Positions 44,470-57,057 are shown, numbered from the stretch's first letter. The stretch: 64,000 bases of DNA from Eledone cirrhosa (GCA_964016885.1 OZ024761.1:15624001-15688000), one strand, 5' to 3'. Translations and numbers: made by a program. The notes: a model not told the origin generated them from the letters alone.

Positions 44470-44998
44470 ACATCCAGCCCACACAGTAAAGTGGTCATGT
44501 AGGTGTCATAACACAAAGCACCCAGTCCACACTGTAAAGTGGTCATGTGGGTGTCACGACAAAAAGCGCCCAGTCCACACTGTCAAGTGGTGATGTGGGT
44601 GTCACGACAAAAAGCACCCAGTCCACACTGTAAAGTGGTCATGTAGGTGTCATAACAAAAAGCACCCAGTCCACACTGTAAAGTGGTCATGTGGGTGTCA
44701 CGACAAAAAGCGCCCAGTCCACACTGTCAAGTGGTGATGTGGGTGTCACGACAAAAAGCACCCAGTCCACACTGTAAAGTAGTGATGTGGGTGTCACGAC
44801 AAAAAGCACCCAGTCCACACTGTAAATGTGGTTGGTGTTAGGAACGGCATCCAGCTATAGAAATCTAGCCAGAAACGGTCCTATATGAGCAGGATACGGT
44901 CACCCGACCTAACTTGCCTCTAATTGGACAAAACCATCTAACACATGCTAGCATGAAATATAGAAGTATGATGATGATTATGATGATGATTATGATGA
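44470..44998 (+). repeat. 48-bp tandem array (about 7 copies) derived from the same RTE-related SINE, in the last FANCM intron
   Basis: Unit cccagtccacactgtaaagtggtcatgtgggtgtcacgacaaaaagca followed by the element's tail. Confidence 0.85.
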
Positions 44999-45195
44999 TC
45001 TTCTTCTTTGCCTGCTTATTCTTGGAAGAGTTGTCATGCAAGAGGAGTCCTCAAACACTCCTTCCAGCAGGTCCTGTCAGAAGCCACTAGCTCCAACTGA
45101 TCCCCCTAGATGCCTCCTTCAAGCGAGACCAGCCAAGCTCATGGATGCTATCCCATCATCTTGCTCGGGGTCTACCACTGGGCCTCCTGCCAGCT
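44998..45195 (-). mobile_element. RTE-type LINE 3' end, degenerate
   Basis: RPSGRP../WDSIHELGWSRL-like translation followed by an (AAG)n tail. Confidence 0.55.
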
Positions 45196-45420
45196 TGATT
45201 ATATACTTTATTTATTAATTTCATATCATGTTATGGTGTGTGGCTTAGTAGTTAGTGTGTTTGGCTGATGACCGTAAGGTCGTGAGTTTGATTCCAGGCA
45301 GCACAAGCTGAGCACAGACACCCGATAATCGGAGGAGACCAGCTATCAGGGCCCCTACACACACAGACCAGCTATCAGGGCCCCTACGCTTAATGTTATA
45401 AAGAGGATTTAGAACCTTAC

Positions 45421-45515
45421 CTTGCTAACAACTGCTTTATAGATTTATAGTTCTTACAGAGGTTCAAGGCAAGGGCATAGTTGAGTTGAGGTAGAGACTG
45501 TAGGAACTTCATTTT
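45421..45515 (-). CDS. FANCM: FANCM exon, HhH2 domain (KMKFLQSLPQLNYALALNLCKNYKSIKQLLA)
   Basis: tttctag acceptor, AG|gtaagg donor, 95 nt, phase 0 to 2. Confidence 0.9.
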
Positions 45516-45721
45516 CTAGAAACAGACAGAAAGTAATACAAACATTATATATATATATTTATATATGTAAGTCACGGGCTCAATCAGGGGTAACCACAGT
45601 AAGTAAAGTACTCAATACATTAGTAGAGTGTATACAACAAAATTTAATATAGAAATGGCTTCTACAGGACTAGAACCGCAATTCAGCTTTTCCTGATGAT
45701 TTCCTTTGAATGAAACAGTTC

Positions 45722-45772
<51 letters not shown>

Positions 45773-46077
45773 TGTGTGTGTGTAAAAGGTAAACAGAAAT
45801 AACACAATCGGTACAGTATATGGAAGGAATATATTAGGTTAACGCTTGAAATAGCAGGTGTATGTCTGTGTTTGGACACATGCGAGCTCACCAAATGGAA
45901 TAACTTTAGGACATTTTCTGAGATCCACTCACCAGTTCTTGCAATGGGAACTGCTTTTGCTTTATCTTCTGTTCAATACTCACATGTCTGTTCAATGGGA
46001 GACTCCATCATATAGATATAGATATATATTTATATACATACACACACTCACACACATATATATATATATATGTTTGT

Positions 46078-46142
<65 letters not shown>

Positions 46143-46212
46143 CAGAAACAGAGGTCGATAATGTAAACGAAACTTCATCGCTTTTTCTTAATGTCTATCT
46201 GATTTTACTGAC

Positions 46213-46307
46213 CTGTTCCTTGGTGTGAGCGAGCGATGGATCTTCGATTGCAAAACCCCTTTTATTTTCTTGATCACAGAGTTTAGCCAGGAGGGAACAC
46301 GTCTCAT
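46213..46307 (-). CDS. FANCM: FANCM exon (DETCSLLAKLCDQENKRGFAIEDPSLAHTKEQ)
   Basis: ttttacag acceptor, CAG|gtcagt donor, 95 nt, phase 1 to 0. Confidence 0.88.
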
Positions 46308-46337
46308 CTGTAAAAAGAAGGGGCAACAAACTAAAAA

Positions 46338-47853
46338 CATGGTAATGTAAGGGTTAAAGACATAGGTAGTGTCTTTCATTAGAAATATGGTAATGGAAGG
46401 GTTAAAGACATAGGCAGTGTCTTTCATTAGAAATATGGTAATGTAAGGGTTAAAGACATAGACAGTGTCTTTCATTAGAAATATGGTAATGTAAGGGTTA
46501 AAGACATAGACAGTGTCTTTCATTAGAAATATGGTAATGTAAGGGTTAAAGACATAGACAGTGTCTTTCATTAGAAATATGATAATGTAAGGGTTAAAGA
46601 CATAGACAGTGTCTTTCATTAGAAATATGGTAATGTAAGGGTTAAAGACATAGACAGTGTCTTTCATTAGAAATATGGTAATGTAAGGGTTAAAGACATA
46701 GGCAGTGTCTTTCATTAGAAATATGGTAATGTAAGGGTTAAAGACATAGGCAGTGTCTTTCATTAGAAATATGGTAATGGAAGGGTTAAAGACATAGGCA
46801 GTGTCTTTCATTAGAAATATGGTAATGTAAGGGTTAAAGACATAGACAGTGTCTTTCATTAGAAATATGATAATGTAAGGGTTAAAGACATAGACAGTGT
46901 CTTTCATTAGAAATATGGTAATGTAAGGGTTAAAGACATAGACAGTGTCTTTCATTAGAAATATGGTAACGTAAGGGTTAAAGACATAGGCAGTGTCTTT
47001 CATTAGAAATATGGTAATGTAAGGGTTAAAGACATAGGCAGTGTCTTTCATTAGAAATATGGTAATGGAAGGGTTAAAGACATAGACAGTGTCTTTCATT
47101 AGAAATATGGTAATGGAAGGGTTAAAGACATAGGCAGTGTCTTTCATTAGAAATATGGTAATGGAAGGGTTAAAGACATAGACAGTGTCTTTCATTAGAA
47201 ATATGGTAATGGAAGGGTTAAAGACATAGACAGTGTCTTTCATTAGAAATATGGTAATGAAAGGGTTAAAGACATAGGCAGTGTCTTTCATTAGAAATAT
47301 GGTAATGTAAGGGTTAAAGACATAGACAGTGTCTTTCATTAGAAATATGGTAATGTAAGGGTTAAAGACATAGGCAGTGTCTTTCATTAGAAATATGGTA
47401 ATGTAAGGGTTAAAGACATAGGCAGTGTCTTTCATTAGAAATATGGTAATGGAAGGGTTAAAGACATAGACAGTGTCTTTCATTAGAAATATGGTAATGG
47501 AAGGGTTAAAGACATAGACAGTGTCTTTCATTAGAAATATGGTAATGAAAGGGTTAAAGACATAGGCAGTGTCTTTCATTAGAAATATGGTAATGGAAGG
47601 GTTAAAGACATAGACAGTGTCTTTCATTAGAAATATGGTAATGGAAGGGTTAAAGACATAGGCAGTGTCTTTCATTAGAAATATGGTAATGGAAGGGTTA
47701 AAGACATAGACAGTGTCTTTCATTAGAAATATGGTAATGGAAGGGTTAAAGACATAGGCAGTGTCTTTCATTAGAAATATGGTAATGGAAGGGTTAAAGA
47801 CATAGGCAGTGTCTTTCATTAGAAATATGGTAATGGAAGGGTTAAAGACATAG
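46338..47853. repeat. 48-bp tandem array (about 31 copies) filling a FANCM intron
   Basis: Unit atggtaatgtaagggttaaagacatagacagtgtctttcattagaaat; source of the 543-aa ORF. Confidence 0.97.
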
Positions 47854-47869
47854 GTATTATCTTATTTAC

Positions 47870-47949
47870 CTTTGTTGTCAGAAAACAGCATTTTGATGGA
47901 GCTAAGACTGATTCGAGAGAGAAGCTTTTCCATATATTTTGTTTGGTAG
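47870..47949 (-). CDS. FANCM: FANCM exon (YQTKYMEKLLSRISLSSIKMLFSDNK)
   Basis: tttggcag acceptor, G|gtaaat donor, 80 nt, phase 2 to 1. Confidence 0.88.
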
Positions 47950-48762
47950 CTGCCAAAAAAATAACATGAGTTGATATATATATATATATATAGGGCTTAA
48001 TAATGGTTTCTGATTTAGGCACAAGTCCAACAATATTTGGGGAAAGGGAAAGGCGATTAAATCAACCCCAGTGCATTACTGGTACTTTATTTGATTGACC
48101 CCGTAAGGATGAAAGGCAAAGTTAACTTCGGTGGTATTTGAACTCAGAATGTAAAGAGCCGTAACTCTATGCCTTTTAACATGTTATCCGATGCTCTACC
48201 GATTCTGCCAATCCACTGCCCTTGTACATATATATAAGGCTTAATAATGATTTAAAATTTTGGCACAAGGTCAACAATTTGTGCGGTTAAGGAAAGTCAA
48301 TTATATCAATGAGTAGTACTTTATTTTATTAACTCTGGAAGAATGAAAGGCAATGTTGACATTGGTGGAATTTGAACTCAGAATGTGGAGAGGGAGCCAT
48401 AATGAAAGTCATAATGATGTTATCTGATGTTCTAATGATACTGCCAACATACCACCATTTTATAGCTTAATAATATTATAACATTACCATGACTATCACC
48501 ACCAATACTACTGCCATGCATATACACACACACACACACATTACCACCAATACTACAGCCACACATATGCACACACACACACACACATTACCACCAATAC
48601 TACTGCCACACACACACACACACACACACACATTACCACCAATACTACTGACACACATATGCACACACACACACATGACCACCAATACTACTGCCACACA
48701 TATGCACAGATGCACACACAGAAACACACTACCATCACCACCAATACTACTGCCACACATAT

Positions 48763-48797
<35 letters not shown>

Positions 48798-48938
48798 ACC
48801 ATCACCACCAATACTACTGCCACATACTGACACACATCCTCTACAACAAGTTCTTCAACAGAATGTGGAATGCCATATCTGTGGAATGCCATATCTGTTC
48901 CTCCAGACCCTTCGTTCATTTGTTCGGCATAAAAACCT

Positions 48939-49269
48939 TTAACCCTTTAGCATTTACTTCACTCTATATATACTACTGTATTTTCATGGTAAAGGCTTTA
49001 CCTCACATAATTATCTCACATAATATCGAATCTATGAGATTTTGATATTATTTATTTTGAGTTTAATGCCCCAGAATTCTCTTACCTCTTTCTATTCAAA
49101 ATGGCTGTAACTGGCTGGCCACTCATACTGATGTTAAGGTAATGTTCTCAAAATAAATTATATCTAAATCTCATAGATTCAATATTATGTGAGATGATCA
49201 TCTGAGTTAAGGTGTTTACTGTGAAAATACAATAGTAAATATAGAGTGAAGTAAATGCTAAAGGGTTAA
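48939..49269. mobile_element. piggyBac-like MITE (TTAA-CCCTT ends, about 110-bp TIRs); related copies at 55538-56139 (SINE inserted) and 62986-63190
   Basis: ttaaccctttagcatttacttcactctata ... tatagagtgaagtaaatgctaaagggttaa. Confidence 0.8.
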
Positions 49270-49312
49270 ATAACTAAACCACAGGGTCTTAAAAAAAATC
49301 CAAACCACTTAC

Positions 49313-49445
49313 ATTGGAGTTTTAGTGCTAGCGAGGCCCTTTTTCACAGGGTCTTTCTCTACGATCACGCATGGCCGATCATGAAAATCAATGAGCTGTT
49401 GTAGACGTTCAGTGATTTTACAGTTGTTGGAAACATTGGAAAATT
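49313..49445 (-). CDS. FANCM: FANCM exon (EFSNVSNNCKITERLQQLIDFHDRPCVIVEKDPVKKG...)
   Basis: tttctag acceptor, gtaagt donor, 133 nt, phase 1 to 2; CVIVEKD motif. Confidence 0.92.
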
Positions 49446-49938
49446 CTAGAAAGAAAGAAAAAGGGAGAAAGACGTAAAAAAATATCAAAATTCTAGTTGT
49501 AGATAACCGACCATATGTGTGTGTGTATAAATAAATATATATGTATGTTTATTTGATATTCAGGTGGTAAGCCATAGAATGTTTACTCAGCATTCTATGG
49601 CTATATATACATATCATATATATATATCATATATATATATACACACACATATGAACGGTTCTCTAGTACTAGAATTTTCTGGACTTTTAGCTTTATTGTA
49701 CCTCCCCTACCACACATCCTTGCCCCCCCGCCCCAACAGTCATTGCTCCTCCCTACCACACATCCTTGCTCCCCCCTACCACACATCCTTGCCCCCCCCT
49801 AACAGTCATTGCTCCTCCCTACCACACATCCTTGCTCCTCCCCCACCACTATCATAGCTCCTCCCCTAGCAGTCATAGCTCCTCCCCTACCATGGTCATA
49901 ACTCCTCCTACCATCTCACAGTCAATGCTCTCCTCCCA

Positions 49939-49973
<35 letters not shown>

Positions 49974-50029
49974 TACACACCAGAAACAAAAGTTCTGTCC
50001 TCGTTAACAGGTGCGTTGTAGGTTCTTAC

Positions 50030-50144
50030 CTGACAGGTATATCCGTTCGACCCCAGCACGGAGGCTGACCAGGTAGTCACAGCCAGTCAGTTTCGTAACA
50101 GACACGTTCAAGTTGAACTTTGACCTCAGATTCGACAGTATCTC
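50030..50144 (-). CDS. FANCM: FANCM exon, degenerate ERCC4 core (EILSNLRSKF...LTGCDYLVSLRAGVERIYLS)
   Basis: ttccag acceptor, G|gtaaga donor, phase 0 to 1; CDY and VERxxxSE in place of the catalytic GDY/ERKxxxD, as expected for the FANCM pseudonuclease. Confidence 0.92.
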
Positions 50145-50531
50145 CTGGAAACATGGAATACAATAGAGACAGATATAAAACTGGAGGCAGGGATGGGGAG
50201 GGCAGGAGGAAGCGGGGGGTGGAGAGGGAGAGGGAGAGAGGAAGTGGGGGTGGAGAGGGAGAGAGGAAGTAGGGGTGGGGAGGGGGAGAGGAAGTAGGGG
50301 TGGAGAGGGTGCATTTACTGTGTACATCACCAACACTAGAGCGGTTGTATATATAAATATATATGTGTGTGTATGTATTATGTATGTATGTGTGAGTATG
50401 TGTGTGTGTGTATTGTATGTGTGTATGTTTATATATGTGTGTGTGTGTGTGTGTGTAATGTATAATATATATATGTGTGTGTGTGTGTGTATAATGTATA
50501 TATATATATATGTGTGTGTGTATATATAATG

Positions 50532-50574
<43 letters not shown>

Positions 50575-50584
50575 ATATATAATG

Positions 50585-50629
<45 letters not shown>

Positions 50630-50978
50630 ATACTTACGTGAGTGGCAAATATAACAATTGTGATGTTAATGCCAGTGGTGTTGTAGTAGAGGTGGTGGCA
50701 GTGGTGTTGTAGTAGAGGTGGTGGCAGTGGTGTTGTAGTAGAGGTGGTGGCAGTGGTGTTGTAGTAGAGGTGGTGGCAGTGGTGTTGTAGTAGAGGTGGT
50801 GGCAGTGGTGTTGTAATAGAGGTGGTGGCAGTGGTGTTGTAGTAGAGGTGGTGGCAGTGGTGTTGTAATAGAGATGGTGGCAGTGGTGTTGTAATAGAGG
50901 TGGTGTTGGAAGTAGTCATGTTGATGATGAAGGTGATGATGATGATAGTTTTCCCACTGTCCCAACACTACTACAATT

Positions 50979-51838
50979 CAGTGAAATACAGTGAAATACA
51001 GTGAAATAAAGTGAAATACAGTGAAATACAGTGAAATACAGTGAAATAAAGTGAAATACAGTGAAATACAGTGAAATACAGTGAGATACAGTGAAATACA
51101 GTGAAATACAGTGAAATACAGTGAAATACAGTGAAATACAGTGAAATACAGTGAAATACAGTGAAATACCTTGAAATACAGTGAGATACAGTGAGATACA
51201 GTGAAATACAGTGAAATACAGTGAAATACAGTGAAATACAGTGAAATAAAGTGAAATACAGTGAAATACAGTGAAATACAGTGAGATACAGTGAAATACA
51301 GTGAAATACAGTGAAATACAGTGAAATACAGTGAAATACCTTGAAATACAGTGAAATACAGTGAAATACAGTGAAATACAGTGAAATACAGTGAAATACC
51401 TTGAAATACAGTGAGATACAGTGAGATACAGTGAAATACAGTGAAATACAGTGAAATACAGTGAAATACAGTGAAATAAAGTGAAATACAGTGAAATACA
51501 GTGAAATACAGTGAGATACAGTGAAATACAGTGAAATACAGTGAAATACAGTGAAATACAGTGAAATACCTTGAAATACAGTGAAATACAGTGAAATACA
51601 GTGAAATACAGTGAAATACAGTGAAATACCTTGAAATACAGTGAGATACAGTGAGATACAGTGAAATACAGTGAAATACAGTGAAATACAGTGAAATACA
51701 GTGAAATACAGTGAGATACAGTGAAATACAGTGAAATACCTTGAAATACAGTGAGATACAGTGAAATACAGTGAAATACAGTGAAATACAGTGAAATACA
51801 GTGAAATACAGTGAAATACAGTGAAATACAGTGACATT
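50979..51838. repeat. 10-bp satellite (cagtgaaata)n, about 86 copies
   Basis: Direct inspection. Confidence 0.98.
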
Positions 51839-51858
51839 CAGTGAAGATATAAGTTTAC

Positions 51859-51957
51859 CTGAGCACCACATATTTCTCTGGAATCAACAAAAAGAACCAA
51901 TTTTCCAGCCACAGATTCACTGATTTGAGGGGAATCAACTTCACAGGACAAGGGTTT
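51859..51957 (-). CDS. FANCM: FANCM exon, start of ERCC4-like domain (…GKLVLFVDSREICGAQ)
   Basis: ttttgaag acceptor, CAG|gtaaac donor, 99 nt, phase 0 to 0; VDSRE motif. Confidence 0.88.
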
Positions 51958-52569
51958 CTTCAAAACAAATATAAAAAACATAATAATAATGATTTCTACT
52001 TTAGACACAAGGCCAGCAATTTTGAGGAGAGGAAAATCGATTAAATCGACCCCAACGCATTACCGGTGCTTTATTTTATTGACCCCGTAAGGATGAAAGG
52101 CAAAGCTAACCTCGGCGGGATTTCAATTCAGAACGTAAAGGGCCATAATTCTATGCTGCAAAGCATGGTGTCTGACGCTCTACCGATGCTGCCAATCCAC
52201 CACACTTAATACATAATGCAGTATCAAGGGAAGCAATTCACGAAAATTCCTAGCGTGCTAAAGATTAAATTCTTATAGACGTGGAGTGGGTGGGGAATAA
52301 ACGTGGGGACAGGGTCGGTAATTGTATAGTGTACATTCGTAAATATGGGAGTTCTTGTAATGTTCTTTTTTTGGTTATATATAATGGGCTTTTTTTTTTA
52401 TGTAAAATAAAATTATTAGATTCTCCAGCTGCTGTATCAATATGAATCACTTACAATAAAACGTTGCCAGAGATAGATTAGCAAAACTGAATAAGCAGGG
52501 GGGCGGGAATCTGAAAAATTAATAAGTGGATGGGAGGGTACAATTATCCATGAACCTGAGAGTACATAC

Positions 52570-52826
52570 CTTTAATGGAACATTCAACTCTTTCGGGCTT
52601 GTTTCTTCAGACAGGTCAAAGTTTAATGCAAACCTATCCCCCTCCTTCTCTTCCTCCTCATTTTCCTTCTCTGCCTTCTTTTTCTCCTCCTCCTCCACCT
52701 CCTCCTCTTCACTTGATGAAGGCAGATGGTGAATGATTCTCCTCTTCTTCTGGTCCTTTGACTTCCTTTTCGCCAGTGACACAATTTCTTGTGTGCCCGT
52801 AAGAAACATGGCTTCATGACCCGGGG
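52570..52826 (-). CDS. FANCM: FANCM exon (PGHEAMFLTGTQ...KKRRIIHHLPSSSEEEE...VPLK)
   Basis: ccaccag acceptor, AAG|gtatgt donor, 257 nt, phase 1 to 0. Confidence 0.82.
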
Positions 52827-53181
52827 CTGGTGGCAAAAGGTCAAAAAGAGATCGAAAACTATTAGTGTCTGAATAAGAGGGCAGGTTGTTGTTGTAGTTA
52901 CAGATGAAACCTGACTAGGTTTAGCTGGCCTCCTATGAGGTTTAACCCTTTCGTGACTGAGACAAAAAAACACACAGTCCACGCTGTAAAGTGGTCATGT
53001 AGGAGACACGGTAAAAAGGCTCCCAGTCCACACTGTAAATGTGGTTGTTAGGAAGGGCATCCAGCCGTGGAAAACCTGCCAGATACAGTCCTATACGAGC
53101 GAGACACAGTCACCCGATCAATCTTGCCTCAAGTGGGACAATTCCCATCTAACCCATGCTAACATGGAAGATAGATGTTAA

Positions 53182-53224
<43 letters not shown>

Positions 53225-53520
53225 CTAATGAAATTCACTCATTACATTTAATTAACAAAGAATTTTAAAGGATTTACTCATCATCATCATTTAATGTCCA
53301 TTTTCCATGCTAGCATGGGTAGGACGGATTGACCCCTTGAGAGAGAATCAAGTCAGAGGACCGTGATTTGCTCACTCGGGGGTGATTCATCAGTGTTGAT
53401 CTCAAAAACCTGGGGAATCATTAGGCTGGTATTTATCCCAGTACCATAGGTGTTAAACATCTGAGAGTAAAAGAGAGAAACAAACAACTAAATGCTTAAC
53501 AAAAAATAACTTAAACTCAC

Positions 53521-53694
53521 ATTTTTCACTGCTGTCATCGACAAAGCTGTCGCCTTGGTAATAGTCATCATCATCAGGTTCCGAGGACTGTGAGAAGACA
53601 TCAGCAGCTGCAAGGGGCCTGTATTGTAGTTTGTAACCAGTTAGTTTGCAGATGGGGCTTTTCACTGACTTCAGGTAAACAGCTGCCATATCAA
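53521..53694 (-). CDS. FANCM: FANCM exon (DMAAVYLKSVKSP...YYQGDSFVDD)
   Basis: ctccag acceptor, T|gtgagt donor, phase 1 to 1; DMxAxYxKSxxSP and YxxDSF motifs of FANCM. Confidence 0.9.
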
Positions 53695-54030
53695 CTGGAG
53701 GGAATTAAAAAAATAATTATTATTTCTACTATTGGCACAAGGCCAGCAATTATCCCAATGCATTACTGGTACTTTATTTTATCAACCCCGTAAGGATGAA
53801 AGAAAGGCAAAGTTAACCTCGGCGGGATTTGAACACGGACAATAAAGGCCCTAATTCATTGCTGCAAAGCATGGCATCCGACCCTCTACCCATGAAATAA
53901 TAATAATGATAGAAGAAACACAGTTATGAAGTGACCTTCTTAACCACACAGCCATGACATATACCCCCACAACCCTCACCCCCACCAAAAAGGAAAACTA
54001 ATAATAATAAAAACCCCAAAGAAATCCCAC

Positions 54031-54175
54031 CTTCTGACTTTTCCATCGTATAGTTTTCATCAATGAAACTTGCTTCATAATGTTCTGACTCCACAGCAAG
54101 CTCTTCATCAGAAGAGTCTATATCACTCCCAGATACTACAGCTTCCATATCCAGAAACTGGCGGCCATCACTGAT
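54031..54175 (-). CDS. FANCM: FANCM exon, MM3-like acidic motif (ISDGRQFLDMEAVVSGSDIDSSDEE...SFIDE)
   Basis: acacag acceptor, G|gtggga donor, phase 0 to 1; FLDxEA..SSDE motif typical of FANCM. Confidence 0.9.
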
Positions 54176-54214
54176 CTGTGTAAACAATAACAACAACAAT
54201 AATAACACCAAGAC

Positions 54215-55095
54215 ACATCAAAAAAATGATAAAAGATACCATCATATCAAAACCCTACCACCACTAACACTACTACCACCACTGCCACCAACACCATCAC
54301 CACTAACACTACCACATCTACATCAAAAAATGATAAAAGATACCATTATATCAAAACCCTACCACCAACACTACTACCACCACTGCCACCAACACCATCA
54401 CCACTAACACTACCACATCTACATCAAAAAATGATAAAAGATACCATTATATCAAAACCCTACCACCACTAACACTACTACCACCACTGCCACCAACACC
54501 ATCACCACTAACACTACCACATCTACATAAAAAAATGATAAAAGATACCATTATATCAAAACCCTACCACCACCTACACCACTACCACCAACATTAATAC
54601 CATTACCACTACCAACACCACCACTACTAACACCAACAACACTGGCACCACCACCACCACCACCACACAGAACCAGGGGTGGTTTTATGTGGTTTGGTAC
54701 CCCCAAAAAGGGTTAAGATAAGTTGATATCATAGAACTAGGGATGGTTTCAAGTGGTTTGGTACCCCCCAAAAGGGGTCCAAATATGTTGCTGTCATAGA
54801 ACCAGGGGTGGTTTGAGACGGTTTGGTACCCCTCAAAATGGGTCCAAATAAGTTGATATCATAGAACCAGGGGTGGTTTGAGGTGGTTTGGTACCCCCCA
54901 AAATGGGTCCAAATATGTTGCTGTCATAGAACCAGGGGTGGTTTCAGGTGGTTTGGTGCCCCCCAAAATGGGTCCAAATATGTTGCTGTCATAGAACCAG
55001 GGGTGGTTTGAGGCGGTTTGGTACCCCCCAAAATGGGTCCAAATATGTTGCTGTCATAGAAGCAGGGGTGGTTTGAGGCGGTACCCCCCAAAAAT
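54215..55095. repeat. About 103-bp x3 and about 65-bp x6 tandem arrays in a FANCM intron
   Basis: Repeated aaaatgataaaagataccat and catagaaccaggggtggttt blocks. Confidence 0.85.
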
Positions 55096-55151
55096 TGGAT
55101 CAACAACAAAATGATAAACCAACCATTTGACACAATATAAAAGATTCTTAC

Positions 55152-55255
55152 ATTTCTTGGGTGTACCTTCCTCCTCTTTGGCTGAGATACCAGTGCTGGC
55201 TTGGGGGTCGACCTCTTGCTTTGTAACTCAAATTTTCTTAGCCGTGTTCTGAGAT
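55152..55255 (-). CDS. FANCM: FANCM exon (DLRTRLRKFELQSKRSTPKPALVSQPKRRKVHPRN)
   Basis: ttaacag acceptor, gtaaga donor, 104 nt, phase 1 to 0. Confidence 0.78.
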
Positions 55256-55559
55256 CTGTTAATGGAATATCAGAAAGTGATCGCATTTATACACACATAA
55301 ACACACACATGACGATGAAGATAGTGATGATCACGGTATTGATGATGATGATCATGATACTGTTCCCATAGAAACGAGCAAACTGAATGTCCACCACATC
55401 AAACTGACATCAGCCCTGGAGGGTGACACCACCCAGCTAAGACCTGCCTCCACAATCCCCAAAACCAACCCTCTAATTAACTTTCTGGAGACTGAATTTT
55501 TTTTTATGAATTGCCTCCCTTGATAATGTATTGCGTATTAACCCTTTAGCAATCACATT

Positions 55560-55902
55560 ACTCATTTCATCATCATTTCATTTTACATCCGCTTTTTCCT
55601 GCTTGCAAGGGTGGGACGAGAACTGATTCTGGCTTGATTTCTACAGCTGGATGCCCTTCCTAACACCAACCTCATTTACAGTGAGTGCTGGGTGCTTTTT
55701 TGCCGTGGCACCTCCACGACCACTTTGCAGTGGAATGATAGGGACCCCAGTCCCTATCATCTCATTTCTACAGCTGAGTAAACTGGAGCAATGTGAAATA
55801 AAGTGTCTTGCTCAAGGACACAACACATCATCCGGTCTGAGAATTGAACTCACAACCTTTCGATTGCAAGGCCAATGCTCTAACCACTAAGCCATGTGCC
55901 TC
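55560..55902 (-). mobile_element. CORE-type SINE nested in a piggyBac-like MITE (partial sister copy at 43830-44055)
   Basis: Reverse complement shows A box tggcttagtgg, gagttcaattc and tgtgtccttgagcaagacactt. Confidence 0.75.
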
Positions 55903-56193
55903 CATATATATACTATTATATTTTCATGGTAAAGCCTTTACCTCACATAATATCTCAAATAATATCGAATCTATGAGATTTTGAAAGTATTTATTTTCAG
56001 AACAATACCATAACATCAGTTTGAGTGACCAGTTACAGCCAGTTTCAACAGAAAGAGATAGAGAATTCTGGCCAGTTTTGGCAGGTTTGAACATTATTTT
56101 AACAGTGCATTCAGTCGCCCACAGTGCCAAGAGGGTTAACCAATAAAAAGATCTCTAAAATACTAAACTAATAAGGACCAGCAACCAACTCAC

Positions 56194-56296
56194 CCTTTTC
56201 AAAGTTAACCTCATCGGATTCTTCCTCGTCTTCTTCAATAAGTCTCCGCGGTTTTCTGTCAGCACATTTCTTACTCAGCATTCTACGGCTTACCAC
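56194..56296 (-). CDS. FANCM: FANCM exon (VVSRRMLSKKCADRKPRRLIEEDEEESDEVNFEK)
   Basis: ttcag acceptor, G|gtgagt donor, 103 nt, phase 0 to 1; the 5' boundary is less certain (see findings). Confidence 0.7.
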
Positions 56297-56330
56297 CTGA
56301 ATATCAAATATACATACATATTATATATAT

Positions 56331-56522
56331 AACGAAGGAAGTGTTGTAAGGAACCAGATGGACCATAACGCACCAGAGTACTCAATACTTAGAGTAGTAG
56401 AGTGGGTAATAGGAAAATGTTTAACCCCGACGGCAGAGCTCAAGCCGTTCCGACGGCTATTTCTGATCCAGAAATAGCCGTCGAAATGGCTTGAGCTCTG
56501 CTGTCGGGGTTAAACATTTTCC

Positions 56523-56523
<1 letters not shown>
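56331..56523. mobile_element. Palindromic family B element in a FANCM intron
   Basis: Homologous to 38172-38588; about 113-bp imperfect palindrome at 56411-56523, flanked by TA/CA microsatellite. Confidence 0.6.
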
Positions 56524-56568
<45 letters not shown>

Positions 56569-57057
56569 TATATATCATCATCATTGGGGTTGATAAAATA
56601 AAGTACCAGTAATGTACTGGGTAACTGATGGCCGTGTGCCAAAAGTAGAAACAATTATCATCACTGTTTAATGTCCATTTTTCCATGGGTCAGATGGGTC
56701 GTCCACATCGATAGAAAAGCCTGGTCCGGATTGGCCTCACCATACCTTGCTCTGATGGGACTGTAAATTTGACCAGGTCTTTTACAGCTGTAAAAAACCT
56801 GGCCAAATTTACAGTCTCATTATTATTATTTATTATTTATTATTATTATCGTTTAACGTCTATCTTCCACGCTAGCATGGGTTAGACGGGAATTGTCCCA
56901 TTTGAGGCAAGATTGGTTGGGTGACCGTGTCTTGCTTGTATAGGACTATCTGACAGGTTTTCTATGGCCGGATGCCCTTCCTAACACCAACTACATTTAC
57001 AGTGCGGACAGGGAGTTTTTTATCGTGTTACCTACACAAATATATATATATGTGTAT

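Noticed and set aside
46188-47819. 543-aa ORF on the FANCM strand
   Set aside because: It is a 48-bp intronic repeat; a stop follows the upstream donor, and the ORF crosses the next exon out of frame.
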